A DNA stretch of 50,843 bases, filler included, from Bipalium vagum (GCA_037834085.1; 3 parts of 3 records of this genome joined end to end with filler, not necessarily neighbours in it); one strand, 5' to 3'; shown: positions 15,309 to 27,200, numbered from the whole stretch's first letter. Numbers and translations are program-made. Notes: generated from the letters alone by a model not told the origin.

Positions 15309-16478
15309 AAGAATAATCAAAAATTAAAAACCTGAAAAATATATTATTTGATATAATAATAAAATAATTGAAAATTTTCAATCAATATAAAGCAAAAATA
15401 ATTTATAAAAAATAATTTAATATTACAGATGAATTATTTGTTAAAAAATATATTTAACAATGTTAATATTAATATTAATAATAACAATAATTTAAAAAAA
15501 TAAAATTTTAATTAAATAATTTAATTTTCCTTAAAGGTATTGTATTATTTTGCATATTTTATTAATCTCATGGTGTTAATAATAATGTGAAATGTCTCCA
15601 GAAAGGGAAAATGAAAAGAGAAACTCTAAAAATCATAAAGAGGACAAAAGCTTTAAATAATAAAATGAAATAAAAAGGCTCAAGTCTTGTTACTCATTTT
15701 ATAATAATTCAGAGAAATAGTCCAGATTTAAAAGAGAATTTTCGGCAGTCCACTTCAGTGTGACCGACAAAAAATCAATATATTGAATATCAATATCTCA
15801 ACAATTCAGAACGTTATCCTCTCCGTATACTTTTATTAATAAATAAATTGGAATCCTTCCCACACTGTTAAATATATATATAAGAAGAGACAATTTTAGA
15901 TTTTGAAAGGTCTAACGGACAATTATTGATTTATCAATAAATTCAATTTATCAATAAATAAAAAATTTTGGATTTTAATATCTGGGTAATTTCCGAAACA
16001 AACAACCCTTTAATCAATTATTGTCTTGCTGTAAATACACCATAACCATTTCTGGAAGCTCGACACTTTAGTGAGAATGTAGTGTTTTACTTTAAAAAAA
16101 CATTTGATAACGGAGACTCTCCTATGATATGGTTTATTTCCCTTTTTATTACCATCCTCGTGTCGGTGGTAATCCTTGTCAAATATAAAATATAAGCAAG
16201 CCAAGGTTGAGACTACACCATCGACCAATCTTCAAATCTTTTGAACAACCCGGACGTCATCACAACTCGAATGAAGTATCGATCATTATCATCATCAAAT
16301 TGATTGTCTCCATCACCCAAATTGAAATGCGACCTTTTTCTCACAGACTTCATAACATCATTAAACTTTGTCAATGTTAAGTGAACCAATAAAATGTGGA
16401 AGTAATTATGATTCGTCTATTCATTGTTCAACATGAGTTACGAAACAAAATCAGGACTCAGACCACGAACTCTAACAT
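673..16478 (-). CDS. Ack-like: Ack-like/PR2-type non-receptor tyrosine (pseudo)kinase, whole-gene span. Model: join(16464-16478,16219-16416,16091-16174,13066-13214,12775-13009,11961-12294,8480-8657,8179-8420,5971-6215,5729-5914,4908-5595,2809-3041,1275-1393,673-865), ~1032 aa
   Basis: Domain order kinase C-lobe, then SH3, then CRIB is diagnostic of the Ack family. All 13 proposed introns are GT..AG with matching phases and no internal stop. The first five exons and the last exon are tentative. Confidence 0.75.
1275..1393 (-). CDS. Ack-like: Ack-like probable C-terminal exon
   Basis: GC-rich island with cttaccttag acceptor and AG|GTAATA donor; open frame GGAAFRAIKKGDGVFRATAVVNRRRPSAGERLS. Confidence 0.6.
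2809..3041 (-). CDS. Ack-like: Ack-like exon: Asn/Ser-rich tail
   Basis: tttcag acceptor in phase 1 matches the previous donor; open frame (ORF 2800-3006); CAG|GT donor. Confidence 0.65.
3960..4085 (+). mobile_element. Possible mariner transposase C-terminal scrap in an Ack-like intron
   Basis: SLRGRNFTDKENI / VKQFFKNKSE*FYR resembles the mariner C-terminus. Confidence 0.4.
4908..5595 (-). CDS. Ack-like: Ack-like exon: Ser/Thr-rich C-terminal region
   Basis: ttcccag acceptor; 688-nt open, GC-elevated frame (contains ORF 4894-5487); G|GTAAAT donor. Confidence 0.8.
5729..5914 (-). CDS. Ack-like: Ack-like exon: Pro/Ser-rich region
   Basis: Follows a 56-nt intron; AGDDTPPYATID...PPPLPP...LPEE|GTAAGC, phase 0 on both sides. 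Confidence 0.8.
5971..6215 (-). CDS. Ack-like: Ack-like exon: CRIB (Cdc42/Rac-binding) motif
   Basis: ISIDMISAPQNDFRHVGHISNNGDVFGD matches the CRIB consensus IS.P..F.H..H; ggtttag acceptor, GGG|GTAAAA donor. Confidence 0.9.
6839..7117. other. Sized assembly gap (279 N) inside an Ack-like intron
   Basis: Run of N. Confidence 0.99.
8179..8420 (-). CDS. Ack-like: Ack-like exon: second half of SH3 and linker
   Basis: Follows a 59-nt intron; DFWRGCFLNGESGYF is the SH3 W.G....G.F motif. Confidence 0.85.
8480..8657 (-). CDS. Ack-like: Ack-like exon: kinase end and first half of SH3
   Basis: tttcag acceptor, phase 1; NFIRLVPEQLIAMTD...MLCYKKGDLIIVLDR; AG|GT donor. Confidence 0.85.
11961..12294 (-). 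CDS. Ack-like: Ack-like exon: tyrosine-kinase C-lobe (subdomains VII-XI)
   Basis: ttttag acceptor, then IKIADAGLFR...WVAPE...SDIWAFGVLVWKIFSY...CP..IFNIITLCWNEQPKDRPTF; A|GTATGT donor, phase 1. Confidence 0.92.
12775..13214 (-). CDS. Tentative Ack-like exons 13066-13214 and 12775-13009: degenerate alphaC to catalytic-loop region
   Basis: Open GC-elevated frames collinear with ACK1: PSFLSSLTLICDF ~ PDVLSQPEAMDDF; DVPFFIEL ~ DHRNLIRL; AIPFGS ~ LAPLGS; RIIWSKSVSLPIIFSDTDL ~ RFIHRDLAARNLLLATRDL. Donor sites are weak. Confidence 0.5.
15240..15307. repeat. (TTA)n microsatellite, imperfect
   Basis: Direct inspection. Confidence 0.9.
16091..16478 (-). CDS. Tentative Ack-like 5' exons (16464-16478, 16219-16416, 16091-16174): SAM-like remnant, degenerate G-loop, beta3 Lys
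   Basis: Phase-0 introns of 47 and 44 nt; MLEFV/TNHNYFHILLVHLTLTKF resembles the Ack SAM start; RVSVIKCF ~ ACK1 TVSVAVKCL. Confidence 0.45.
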
Positions 16479-17192
16479 TTTAAATTCTTCAACCTGTCTA
16501 GGCGTTCAGTTTTTCACAGTTTTTTTTTCTTATGAAAGTTGTAATTGTGGTTTTCATGGTCATTTGACTTCATTATTTCTTCTGCTTTTGAAATTTTTGA
16601 AAGACAAAGGACAAAAATATTTATTTTCAACTAATGTTAACCACGTGCACATTTTAAAGGAAAGATTTGGTGAGATTTTTTAAAAAAAGAATGATTTCAA
16701 GATGATGTGAAACTGTTTAGAAATGGATTTGGTCAAGATTCCAAGTAAATTAACAGTCGTTTTCAGTCGACGTCTGTTTTTAGCTAATTTAATGAAGGTC
16801 GTTTGATTCTCAAAGTCAATCGCTACAAAATTTGTTAAGTGGACGCACAGGCGCATTTTAATTATATTATATTATATTTCATTTTAATTATAAATATAAA
16901 TTTAAGCTTAATGAAGACGTTTAACATCAACGTTCATGAGAAAACATTTTCATCATAATTTATGTTTGACTTTTTAAGAATTCTCACACTTATCAATTGG
17001 AAAAGACTAAATTTGCTTTTATTCAACTATTAAATGGAAGGAACGACTAATGATTACTAATTATTAATAATAATATTACTAATAATAACTATTATTATTT
17101 ATTATCATTTATTATTATTTTTTAAAAATTATTATTATTATTATTATTATTATTTATTATATTATTATTATTTATTATATTATTATTATAAT

Positions 17193-17292
17193 NNNNNNNN
17201 NNNNNNNNNNNNNNNNNNNNNNNNNNNNNNNNNNNNTTAATTAATTAANNNNNNNNNNNNNNNNNNNNNNNNNNNNNNNNNNNNNNNNNNNN
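17193..17292. other. Artificial assembly spacer N44-TTAATTAATTAA-N44
   Basis: Exactly 100 bp with a palindromic six-frame stop cassette centred in Ns. Confidence 0.97.
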
Positions 17293-17310
17293 TTATTATT
17301 ATTATTATTA

Positions 17311-17367
<57 letters not shown>
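17293..17367. repeat. (TTA)n microsatellite abutting the spacer
   Basis: Direct inspection; a similar degenerate run lies at 17090-17192. Confidence 0.95.
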
Positions 17368-17370
<3 letters not shown>

Positions 17371-17659
17371 CTATTATAAGTGAACCATATGCATGATCTA
17401 TCTTGGACTAGGTACCAATAAAATCAATTTTAAATGAGATTCTCGAATATTATGTTTTATATTAATGTAGTTAAACACACAAATATTTATTTTGGGTAAT
17501 TATATTCTATTCTGCAAGTTTTACGAATTTTTAATTTACTAAATTTTTCTGGAAATCGAAAAATATTTCATTTTTTAAATTTCGGTTTTCCATTAACCCT
17601 GGCAGTTACTGTTTAAATGAAAGCAAAATATTAACCTGTTCTTCATTTTTATATTGTAG

Positions 17660-17753
17660 AGATGTGATTCAAAATCATCTTTTACAAATTATGTCCCTTA
17701 TTGCAATGGAGAAACCAATTACGACTAATGCCAACGACATTCGTATCGAAAAA
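17660..17753 (+). CDS. G6PD: G6PD exon (contains catalytic His, human H263 equivalent)
   Basis: tgtag|A GAT GTG ATT CAA AAT CAT... RIEK|GTAAT. Confidence 0.95.
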
Positions 17754-20700
17754 GTAATAACGATGTTTTTAGTAATAAAAAAGTATCAAATATAAATAAT
17801 TTATATATCTATATCATTAATAATAAATAAAAAAAGACGAAAAAATATTATAAAATCAATTAAGTCTCTAAAATATTTTTATAATTTTTGCGTACTTTAT
17901 CAATCTCTTCTATCCTTTTTGATCATCAAATGCTGTGATGTTTTCCTTTATCGTTTGAGATGTAAGTAACCATCCACTTAAACATTTACCCAATGTCGTT
18001 TCACTAAAATATATTTTGAGAATCGTCTGAAAATTGTTATTAAGAGTTTTATCCGTGTTCTTAGCCAAGAGAATAATGAAGCTTCACAGTATTGAATATA
18101 TGTCAATCAATCTTCACCGGATTTCTAATATTCAATTTTCATTAAATCTTATTAAGAAAAGACTTTAAAGAATTTTTTTTCTTTCTAAAAATCAATTGTA
18201 AATCTAAAAAAGATTTTCAATTCTTTCTCAAAATTATTATTAAAATAATTGTTGATAATAAATATGTTACTTAAATCATTTCTCTAACAAATATTTTGAA
18301 AAAAATATATAATTTTTGATTTATTGATTATCCCATTTAAAAATATCTTTTTGAAAGTTTTAATTTCATTGAAAAAAGAAATTTAATAAATGAAATGAAA
18401 TAAAATTTTTCAAGTACACGCTTTTTATCAATTGACAATAAAATGTATGTTCGACGTTCGAAACATATATCATAATAATACATGTTTAAAAAAATTGTGT
18501 TGTTCATTGATAAAAAGAGTGTATTTGAAAAATAAATTGATTAAGTTCACAATTTAAAAATATTTTAATATTTAAAATGATTACACAATTAAACCAAAGT
18601 TAAAATCCATGTTTAGATGTCAATATTAATTATTCTAAAAATCTTGAGCGTTTAGAAGTCAAAATTACGACAAAAAATTATTATATTTTAAATAGACATA
18701 ACTAAACCAAATATGCAATGTTTTGTTCGATAACCTGCCATTCTTCTGACATCATAATGCCATTCCCGTAAAGATTTTCTGGTTTCTGCTCAAAAAATTG
18801 GGTCAATTATTTTTTGCACGTATCTTTTGAATGAAATTTCACATTATGAAGGGAATTCTGCATAGACCTTAACAAATGATAATTCGAAGGTGTGAGGTCT
18901 GGACTATATGGTGGATGCATCAAAACTTCATCCTAACTCGATTTTTACTGGGTAGTAAAAGATTTATGTAGTCTGGCGTTTTTTTTATCTTCACGATGTC
19001 TTTCTGTTCGAAAGTTCCGATTGTTTTATTTTAAGGGATTGTTGACAGTAAAGAACTGAGTCAATCAATTTGCCACCAGGAAAAACTCAATACATAATAC
19101 CCTTGAAATCACATTAGACAAATAATAATAACTTTATTGAAGTCAACTCGGGCTTTGGCGCCTTTTTCTACAATGCATTCTACAAATCGATTCTGTGAAA
19201 TGTGATGTGCCATTTGAATTATTGCCTACAATTTATATTGCAACTTATCCCTTTCTTCATAAAATTATAATTTTCACAATTAAAATAGAAATATTTTTAA
19301 ATATTGAAGGAAAACTTTCATGTTGCATAAAAATATTTTTTAAAATTGTTTATTGTTGGGAAAATTGTTGCATTGCGTTCATTGAGAAATAATTAAATTC
19401 TTTGGTATAAATTCTGCTTTAATTTCTCAGCTATCCTTAAATGTAGATGAAAAGTCTAAAAATATCAATAAGTTTTTGGTTTTATCTATAGAGAAAATAA
19501 TGTAGCATTAACAAGGGGAATAAGGGAAATTTTTTAAAAAATGTTATCCGTATTTTGTTAGGAAAAAATTATAAAAAATTACAAGTTAATATGAAAAAAA
19601 CTCGTTAAAACGGAGAAATAAATGGACTGGAGCTAACAAAGTAATTCACATAATAAAATGTCAAACTTTATGCATCAAGCGACCTACTAAAAATTGTCAA
19701 TATTTATCTCGGCCTCTTCCTTTACAGAGGAGTCAGTCTTAGAATATTTTATTTTCCCCAACATTTACAACGTTAATATATTGTTGTCATGAGATGGAAG
19801 AGAGGTTTTATTGCTTTTTTAACGACGATCCATAATAAACGTAACCATCTCATCATATTATTTTAATGAATCTGATTTTTTATTCCACTACAAAAAATGA
19901 GATTCATTATTTATTGTCGCATTTTATTCAACAGAGATTTTAAATATCGTTTAAAACGTTTAAATGAAATATTTTTGACGGTTTACATCGGTGAGAAAAA
20001 CAAATTAAATATTTGGACCTTTTTATTAATATGTATAATGTCATTCTTTTATGTTTTACTGAAATGATTCGGGGTTTTGAATTATCGCAAAAATCATAGC
20101 ACTGAACAATCCACAATTGAAGGGATTAAATATATTTTGTGCTCCTTTTTATGTCTGTTCAGTTTATTCGTAAAATATTATTTTGAGTATAAGTTGAAGT
20201 AGGACTGTTAATGTACTTCTTTCTTCACATAAAAGAGTCAAAAGGAAACTAATTCAACTCTGGTGCTATCAACTGTGACGTTATTAAGAACGACTTTCAG
20301 TATTTTTTCGACAATTATTAAAATAAACAATTTTTCATTTTAGATTTAACTTGAACGGAAAAGAATTATAGATTAATTGTCTTTTTCACTTAATTTTTCA
20401 GATATAAACAATCTAGACTTATTTTTCTTAGAAAAATATACTTTTTCTTAGACTTTAGCATAAAACTCTAGCACCCTGACTTCAAGTCTAATCGGATTAA
20501 AATAATAGTATGGTTTGGAAGGTGCAGTCTGTCTTTCAGTTCTTGTTTTCCTTCTGAATCAACCAGAAAATGTCTTCTATCCTTAAAAGTAAAACCCAAG
20601 TCTTAAAATAGAAAAAGAATATTGACATTCTCATATACTAATCATTAAAAGTGTCAGTGAAATATAAATTATTATGTAGTTATAATTATTAATGTATCTC

Positions 20701-23700
20701 TGAAGTTAAATTCAATAAGTTCAAGATCCTTACCCATTTAGGAATCATTGATCTTTTAATTGATATTTGTCAAAACCCAATCGATTTTCAATTGAACCAA
20801 AGAAAATCTAAAAAACGATAGGTGATAAATCGAAGTTAAATGTAACAAAATTTGCAAAACAGATTTTATTTTCCCTTATCAAAATCTTAATTAATTTTCC
20901 AAAGTTGCGGAACATTTGTTTTAAATGATGAATGCCATGGTGTTTAATAAATTTTGGCATTGCTCAAAAATGCTCAACTGTTGAATATGTAAATATTTTT
21001 CTACATTTATAGTTGAAAGCTTTGCGAGCCGTTACAGCATTATCCCTAGATAATTTAGTTGTTGGACAATATGTGGGAAATAAAGACTCTTCTGATCCAA
21101 AACACAAATTGTCTTTCAAAGAAGTAAAAGGCATTCCTGAAGGTATAGATAGTGATTTGATTTGGTTTTATTTTATGATTATTATGAACGCCAAGATTTT
21201 AAAGACAACAACGATAAAATACAATAATAGACTTTAACATCGGGATTTATTTGATTTTTAAAATTTATCGTCTTTGAACTGCCTTTTTCTGTGCAACTAA
21301 ACGTTTTTGATTTAATGATCATTTATTTTCACTCGGTACTTAGCAGACAGATAAACAACTGAAATATCATCTGTCACCAGAAGTGCCATTTTTTCCTTGT
21401 GATCATACTTTTGATAACTTAATCAATATTATAGAATTTTTTACGTGATTCAATCCATTTTTTAAAATTTTTAATCATTTTTCAAACTGAATTAATCTTT
21501 TGGTAAAAATTATAAAATTAGTCTCTTATATTTCGAAGTACAATGATAATAATTGTCTCTATCTTTGTAAAATCTTTCGATAAATCGAAAACAAGTAGGA
21601 ATCAGGATGTCATGGAAGTGTATAATTTCTTAACAGAATCTTACAGTATCAGATTTCAGAAAGAAGAATTTACATACATGGTATAGAAAACTTTGGACCT
21701 ATCCAAATCTAACTCATACTGTTGAGGTTGCAGAAACATTGCAATCTATTTCTTTATTATTGGAAGTTTTAATTTGATCTCTTCATCATTTCATTGTAAG
21801 AAATGAAATTGTTCTCTGTCCTCCATGTTAATTAAGTGATCATATGACAAGAAATAAAATAATACTAGTTTTCATTATTCTCTCAGACTGACAACTATCT
21901 GTATGTACCTTTCAATCTTGAACAAAGGTTTTCACTAAGTTAATACATTCGACAACTTTTAACTTCATCAGTCATTATTTATAGTGACTGTAAATAATCT
22001 TATCTGGAAGTCACTCTCGGTTTTTTCTTTAATAATGTCTTTTCTTTGCTTTTTCATGAATTATCTTAGAATGTATTTACAAATTTTCTGTGATTGGCCG
22101 CCCAACAATGTCTTATTGAAGTAATACATTTATATTTTGTTATATATCTCAAAATAAAGAGTAACGTCGAAATTTATCTTAAGAATTATTTTCATTATTA
22201 ATTTTTAAAAACAAGTTTGATTTTATTATTAAATTTAACGGTGTCAACTTTCAACTGATGCGACTTGAACCGTTTTCTTCGAAATATGAAAAACTGTCAT
22301 AGGTGAAAATGGTGAAAAAATGTATTGTTTTGGAGATGGAATTTCTGAGTGCCACTGATGAATAAAGTGCCCAGAAATATTAATCTATTTTTATTTCATA
22401 TTTTTAATTATTCTTAGAAAATAAACCAATAATAATTATTTGATTGATATTAATAAATTAATCAATAATTATTAATTATTAAATTAATTTTTTATTGTAA
22501 TTCTTTTGCTTCATGTGTGAATTTTTGAAATGTTCATCTTAACTTTTCTAAAGATCAATTATTCAATTTTCATATATAAATCTGATTAATGGGATTAGAA
22601 AATGGGTTTCATGTTGTTGGTGTCTCAAGGTAATTCTTTTAATTTTTTAAAATTCAGATTCCATTACTCCTACTTATGCCTGTGCCGTTTTATTTGTGAA
22701 TAATGAGCGATGGGACGGCGTACCTTTTATTCTTAGGTGTGGCAAAGGTTAGATTTTTAAAGGTCAGGTTTTGTTATCATGTTTATATATATTCGTACTC
22801 ACCATAGCTCTCAATGAAAGAAAGGCTGAGATTCGAATTCAATTTAAAGATGTTCCAGGAGACATATTTTGTCGAGGACAATTGAAGCGAAATGAATTGG
22901 TAATTCGCGTGCAGCCGGGTGAAGCAATATATATAAAGATGATGACGAAAAAGCCAGGTGTTCCAAATGAAGATGGAGCAGGAGACTCGCAAGCCTTTGT
23001 CAATGTCGAAGAGACGGAATTGGAATTAACTTATAAGGAAAGATATAAAGTACTATTTATGTGTTTTTCGAAAGCCAGATATTTTTAAAATTGTACACAT
23101 TGTCATTCTTTAATTGTAATTCATTATTTTCATTTATAGTTATCAATTTCAAATTATTATTATTATTATTATTATTATTAACAATAAATGCAGATACCGA
23201 AACTGGGCAACAAATTTGATTATCACTTGATAAGGTCAATGTCTGAACAATATTTTGATTTCAGATTCACTAAATGTTCACTTATTCGTTCAGTTGCACA
23301 ATGATAATAATAATACATGAACCAAATTTCAAGTATAAGTGTGTATTATGGCGTTTCATCTGAAAATTATGCTGATCACTTATTTTATTATCATTTGAGT
23401 TTTTTTGATGAAATTTATTAATTAATTTAATTTTTACACACAAAAAGCCATTCAAAAATTCTTACGTGTTCAAATTTATTTTTATAAAAAATACTTTAGA
23501 TTTAAATTTTAAGTTTAGTCATAGACCAAGATATAAAAGAGTACAAAAAGGTAATGAGCGTTTATCTGAAACAAAACAGATTTCAAAAGAAGAAACTTGT
23601 CAAAATGAAAATTGTTACAGATATCTTGTCCATAAATTATTACTTTTTTACTATTGACAGAATGACATCTTTTATGTTGTATGATAAATGCTGGTAATGC

Positions 23701-24135
23701 AACCTGGATTTGGATCCCGCCTAACAGTGAAACAGAAAACATTCTGAAAAGCTATTGGCAACATTACTTTATTTTCGTTTTTGAGATTGATTATTAATTT
23801 TCTGTATAATAGTAATTGATAATAAACGGTGTTGAGAAGTTAATCAAACTTAACTGATATTTAAATAAAAATGATTTAAAGGATCCCAAAATCCAATACC
23901 TCATTTTCCGTACCATAATATCAGTCATAAACCCAGCCACACATGAACTTGGTGCGAAAATTAGTTCGTATTGTTGATTTATATCGCCTGGTTTTTATTT
24001 ATTTTATCAGGTAAAGACTTGATTAGATAGTCCATTGAGTTTGTGTTACACAAATACTGCGGCATTTTTGTCAATAACAATTTCAATAAAAATTTTTGGA
24101 ATATCAATAGATTCTTTAGTCTCTTGAACAAATTG

Positions 24136-24207
<72 letters not shown>

Positions 24208-27200
24208 ATAATTATTTCTAATTTATAATATTTCTAGGCTTAGAAGACTTAAATTTGACCAGTCCAACGTAATTTAACATAATACCAGAAGACTTAGTTA
24301 CCTTGTTTGATTATCCAAGAACAGTCTGTCTTCATAAATTTTTTCTCGTCTGCTTGAAATATTTTTATTTGATAGTTTATTTAATTAAAAAACCAATTTG
24401 TAAGATTAATGATGAAATCCAATTGATTTTGCACTTTATTATAAAATGGATGCAAATGAATATAATAATTGCAATTTATTCTGCCCCGCGAGAGCAGCTT
24501 CCTTATTTTTTACTGCATTGGTTTCTGGTATGCATCTGCTTCATTAATAAACAGCTTCCTCTGAACGCTAGGAAAGTATTATTAAATTATTGAATACTTA
24601 CATTGATGCTTTCTATATATTGCACGGGGTTGCAGAAAAATTGATCATTCTGTTCAATTCCATTTTAGCAGCGAAGCCAAAAAAGATTTTTGGAAACAAT
24701 CTTTTTTCAGACGTTCTTTTTTTAATGGATTTTAGGAAAATTATTTTTTAAAACAAAAAATATAGTGAATTTTATTATAGAATGTTATGTATTTTTGATA
24801 GGACTGTGAAGAAGATTTCCAAATATTTAAACATTTTCACTTTGAGCTCTATGTAAAATACTCCAAATATCGATTAGAAAACTTTTCCCAGCTACGAATA
24901 ATTGCTTCAGCTGTGATACGGGTTTGTAATAAACGACCACAAATATTAACATAAAACATTTCATTTTATTTCCAATTAATACGAAAAAGTTTTTTTTTCA
25001 AAGCTCTATAATTTTGTCAACTTTGGTAAGTAATTGTCACATTCTCAACATTTTGTTAGGTGGTATCCCACTAAAATCTGTGAAGAATCCGTTGAAATTT
25101 TTTGCATTGATACACATACTTTTTCAAACTCCATTTATAAACGATGATCATTGATCAATTAGATAAGGCAGTGTTATAAGATCATGTAACTGTTCATTAA
25201 TTAGGAAATCAGAGTGCCTGATGCTTATGAGAACTTGATTCTTGATGTTTTTAATGGTCTGCAAATGGACTTTGTTCATGTAAATGAGCTACAGGAGGCG
25301 TGGAGAATCGTGGACAAAGCTTTACGACAACTTGTTGAGAATAATATCAAACCGTTCGAATACGTTTGTGGAAGGTGGTGGTTCATTGATTTCTTTAATC
25401 CTTTATAATAATGATAATTTATTTTTATTAATTATTATTTCTATTAATTATTTTTTATTTAATAATCATAACTTCATTTTTATTCCATTATTATAAGTGG
25501 GTGAGAATCATCACCAGGTGAAATCAGTGAAGATTAATAATAAAAAATACTTTAATAATAATATAAACAACTTTCTAAGAAGAAATTTAGCTATTAAATC
25601 GGATTATTTTAAAATATTTTCGCTGGGAAACATAATCAGGCAGCATTTTGTCTAATTCCATAAATAGATTTTACTAGTGCTTTTGTATATTCGAGGACCA
25701 TATAATATATGCGTACGTGTATTATGTAACGGACATAATTATGAAAGGGAGAGGCGGGTTCGGTCTTATTTTACTTTTCCTGTGGAAGCGTAGAAATGAA
25801 AATTATCAAATTAGAAATTAAATGTAAACATATCACTTTACTTCGAATAGTTTTATACTATTCTATTATTTTTAAAAATAATCTTTTTAATACTAATAAC
25901 ATTCCTATGATCTTTATTTTAGAATATCCAGTCCTTGAACTGTTAAATTGTTTTAAAAGAATTCATTTTAAAATGTCTGTTAAAAAATGTCTGCAATTAA
26001 AAGAATCAATTCTTTTTTAAAGTTAACTTGTCATATTAGAAAATAAAAAACAATATTCGTTCTCAAAATTAATATCATCATTATGACTACTGGTATCGTT
26101 TATAATGATGAAATTGGAATCGGTGGCTCTCCAAATTAAGGTTTTCAGATATTACAAAAAAGTGCTCATTTACAAAAACTGTAATATGAATTTAACAAAA
26201 TTAAAAAATTTCATTTATCTGCAAAATCAAATTGACTCCCAAAACTCAGTTTTCTGCCTGATTTCTGCTTTTACGATATTTTTACAAGTTAAAAGTAAAT
26301 AGTTTTATGTCACAAAAACTTATTCGTACGTATATATGTTGCTAAGATGACTTCTAAATTGGATTGTATAACTTTTGTCTGAAAAGCGTAGAAGAATCGT
26401 ATGTCAGAAGATGCCAAATTTTATGATAGTGGAAAACTCTATTTCAACTGGATGAGTTTTGGTAAGCAATTTATGAGGAAAATTTATTTTCTGAATAAAA
26501 TCAATTATTAATTTAATCTCACTAAAATACGGGACTGCGACTCGACCATTTTACATTAAAAGCTCAGGAATAACAAAAGCAAAAGACAGGTGTTGAGAAT
26601 TGATATTTGAAATACGATATTTGGTAATTGAGAAAATTGTCAAAGAATTATTATTTCGATTCTAATGTTGTTTGGAACTTCTTACTTTATACTACCAGAT
26701 CATTATTAGATGTCTTGTTAAAATTATTTAATAATTAGCTAATTTGTGTCAAAGGTTCCAAACCAAAGTTCAATTCATAGAAAATCATCTTTTCTTTTTT
26801 CTTTGATGATGAAATACAATTTTCGGTTGTTTATGACCACACTTTCAGTGGATTTTAAAGATTTCTTTATATTTATACTTAATTTTGATAGAAAATCAGT
26901 AGTCTTTATTTTACACAGGGTTTTCAACAATTTTGAAAATTTCATTAAGATCTGTACTTACACGTCATTGATATTGACACGTTTCACTTAATATAAAGGT
27001 GTCTGTTTTAAATCTTTGGGAAATCGGACTATTATTTCGTAGACGGACTTGGTCAATTTTGATTTCATCTCGTTTTATGGACAGCCTTTAAACTTAACTC
27101 ATGTTAAAATTCTTCATGAACTTATCAACGTTGTTCCTTTTCCTTTTTTAAAGTTAACTGTGACAGTCAATTTATTAATAGTACTTGCTAATCTTGCAGA

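Noticed and set aside
17237-17248. TTAATTAATTAA palindrome as a biological motif
   Set aside because: Centred in exactly 44+44 Ns on two occasions, so it is a synthetic linker
24043-24228. Poly-Tyr ORF
   Set aside because: Translation of a (TAT)n microsatellite inside a G6PD intron
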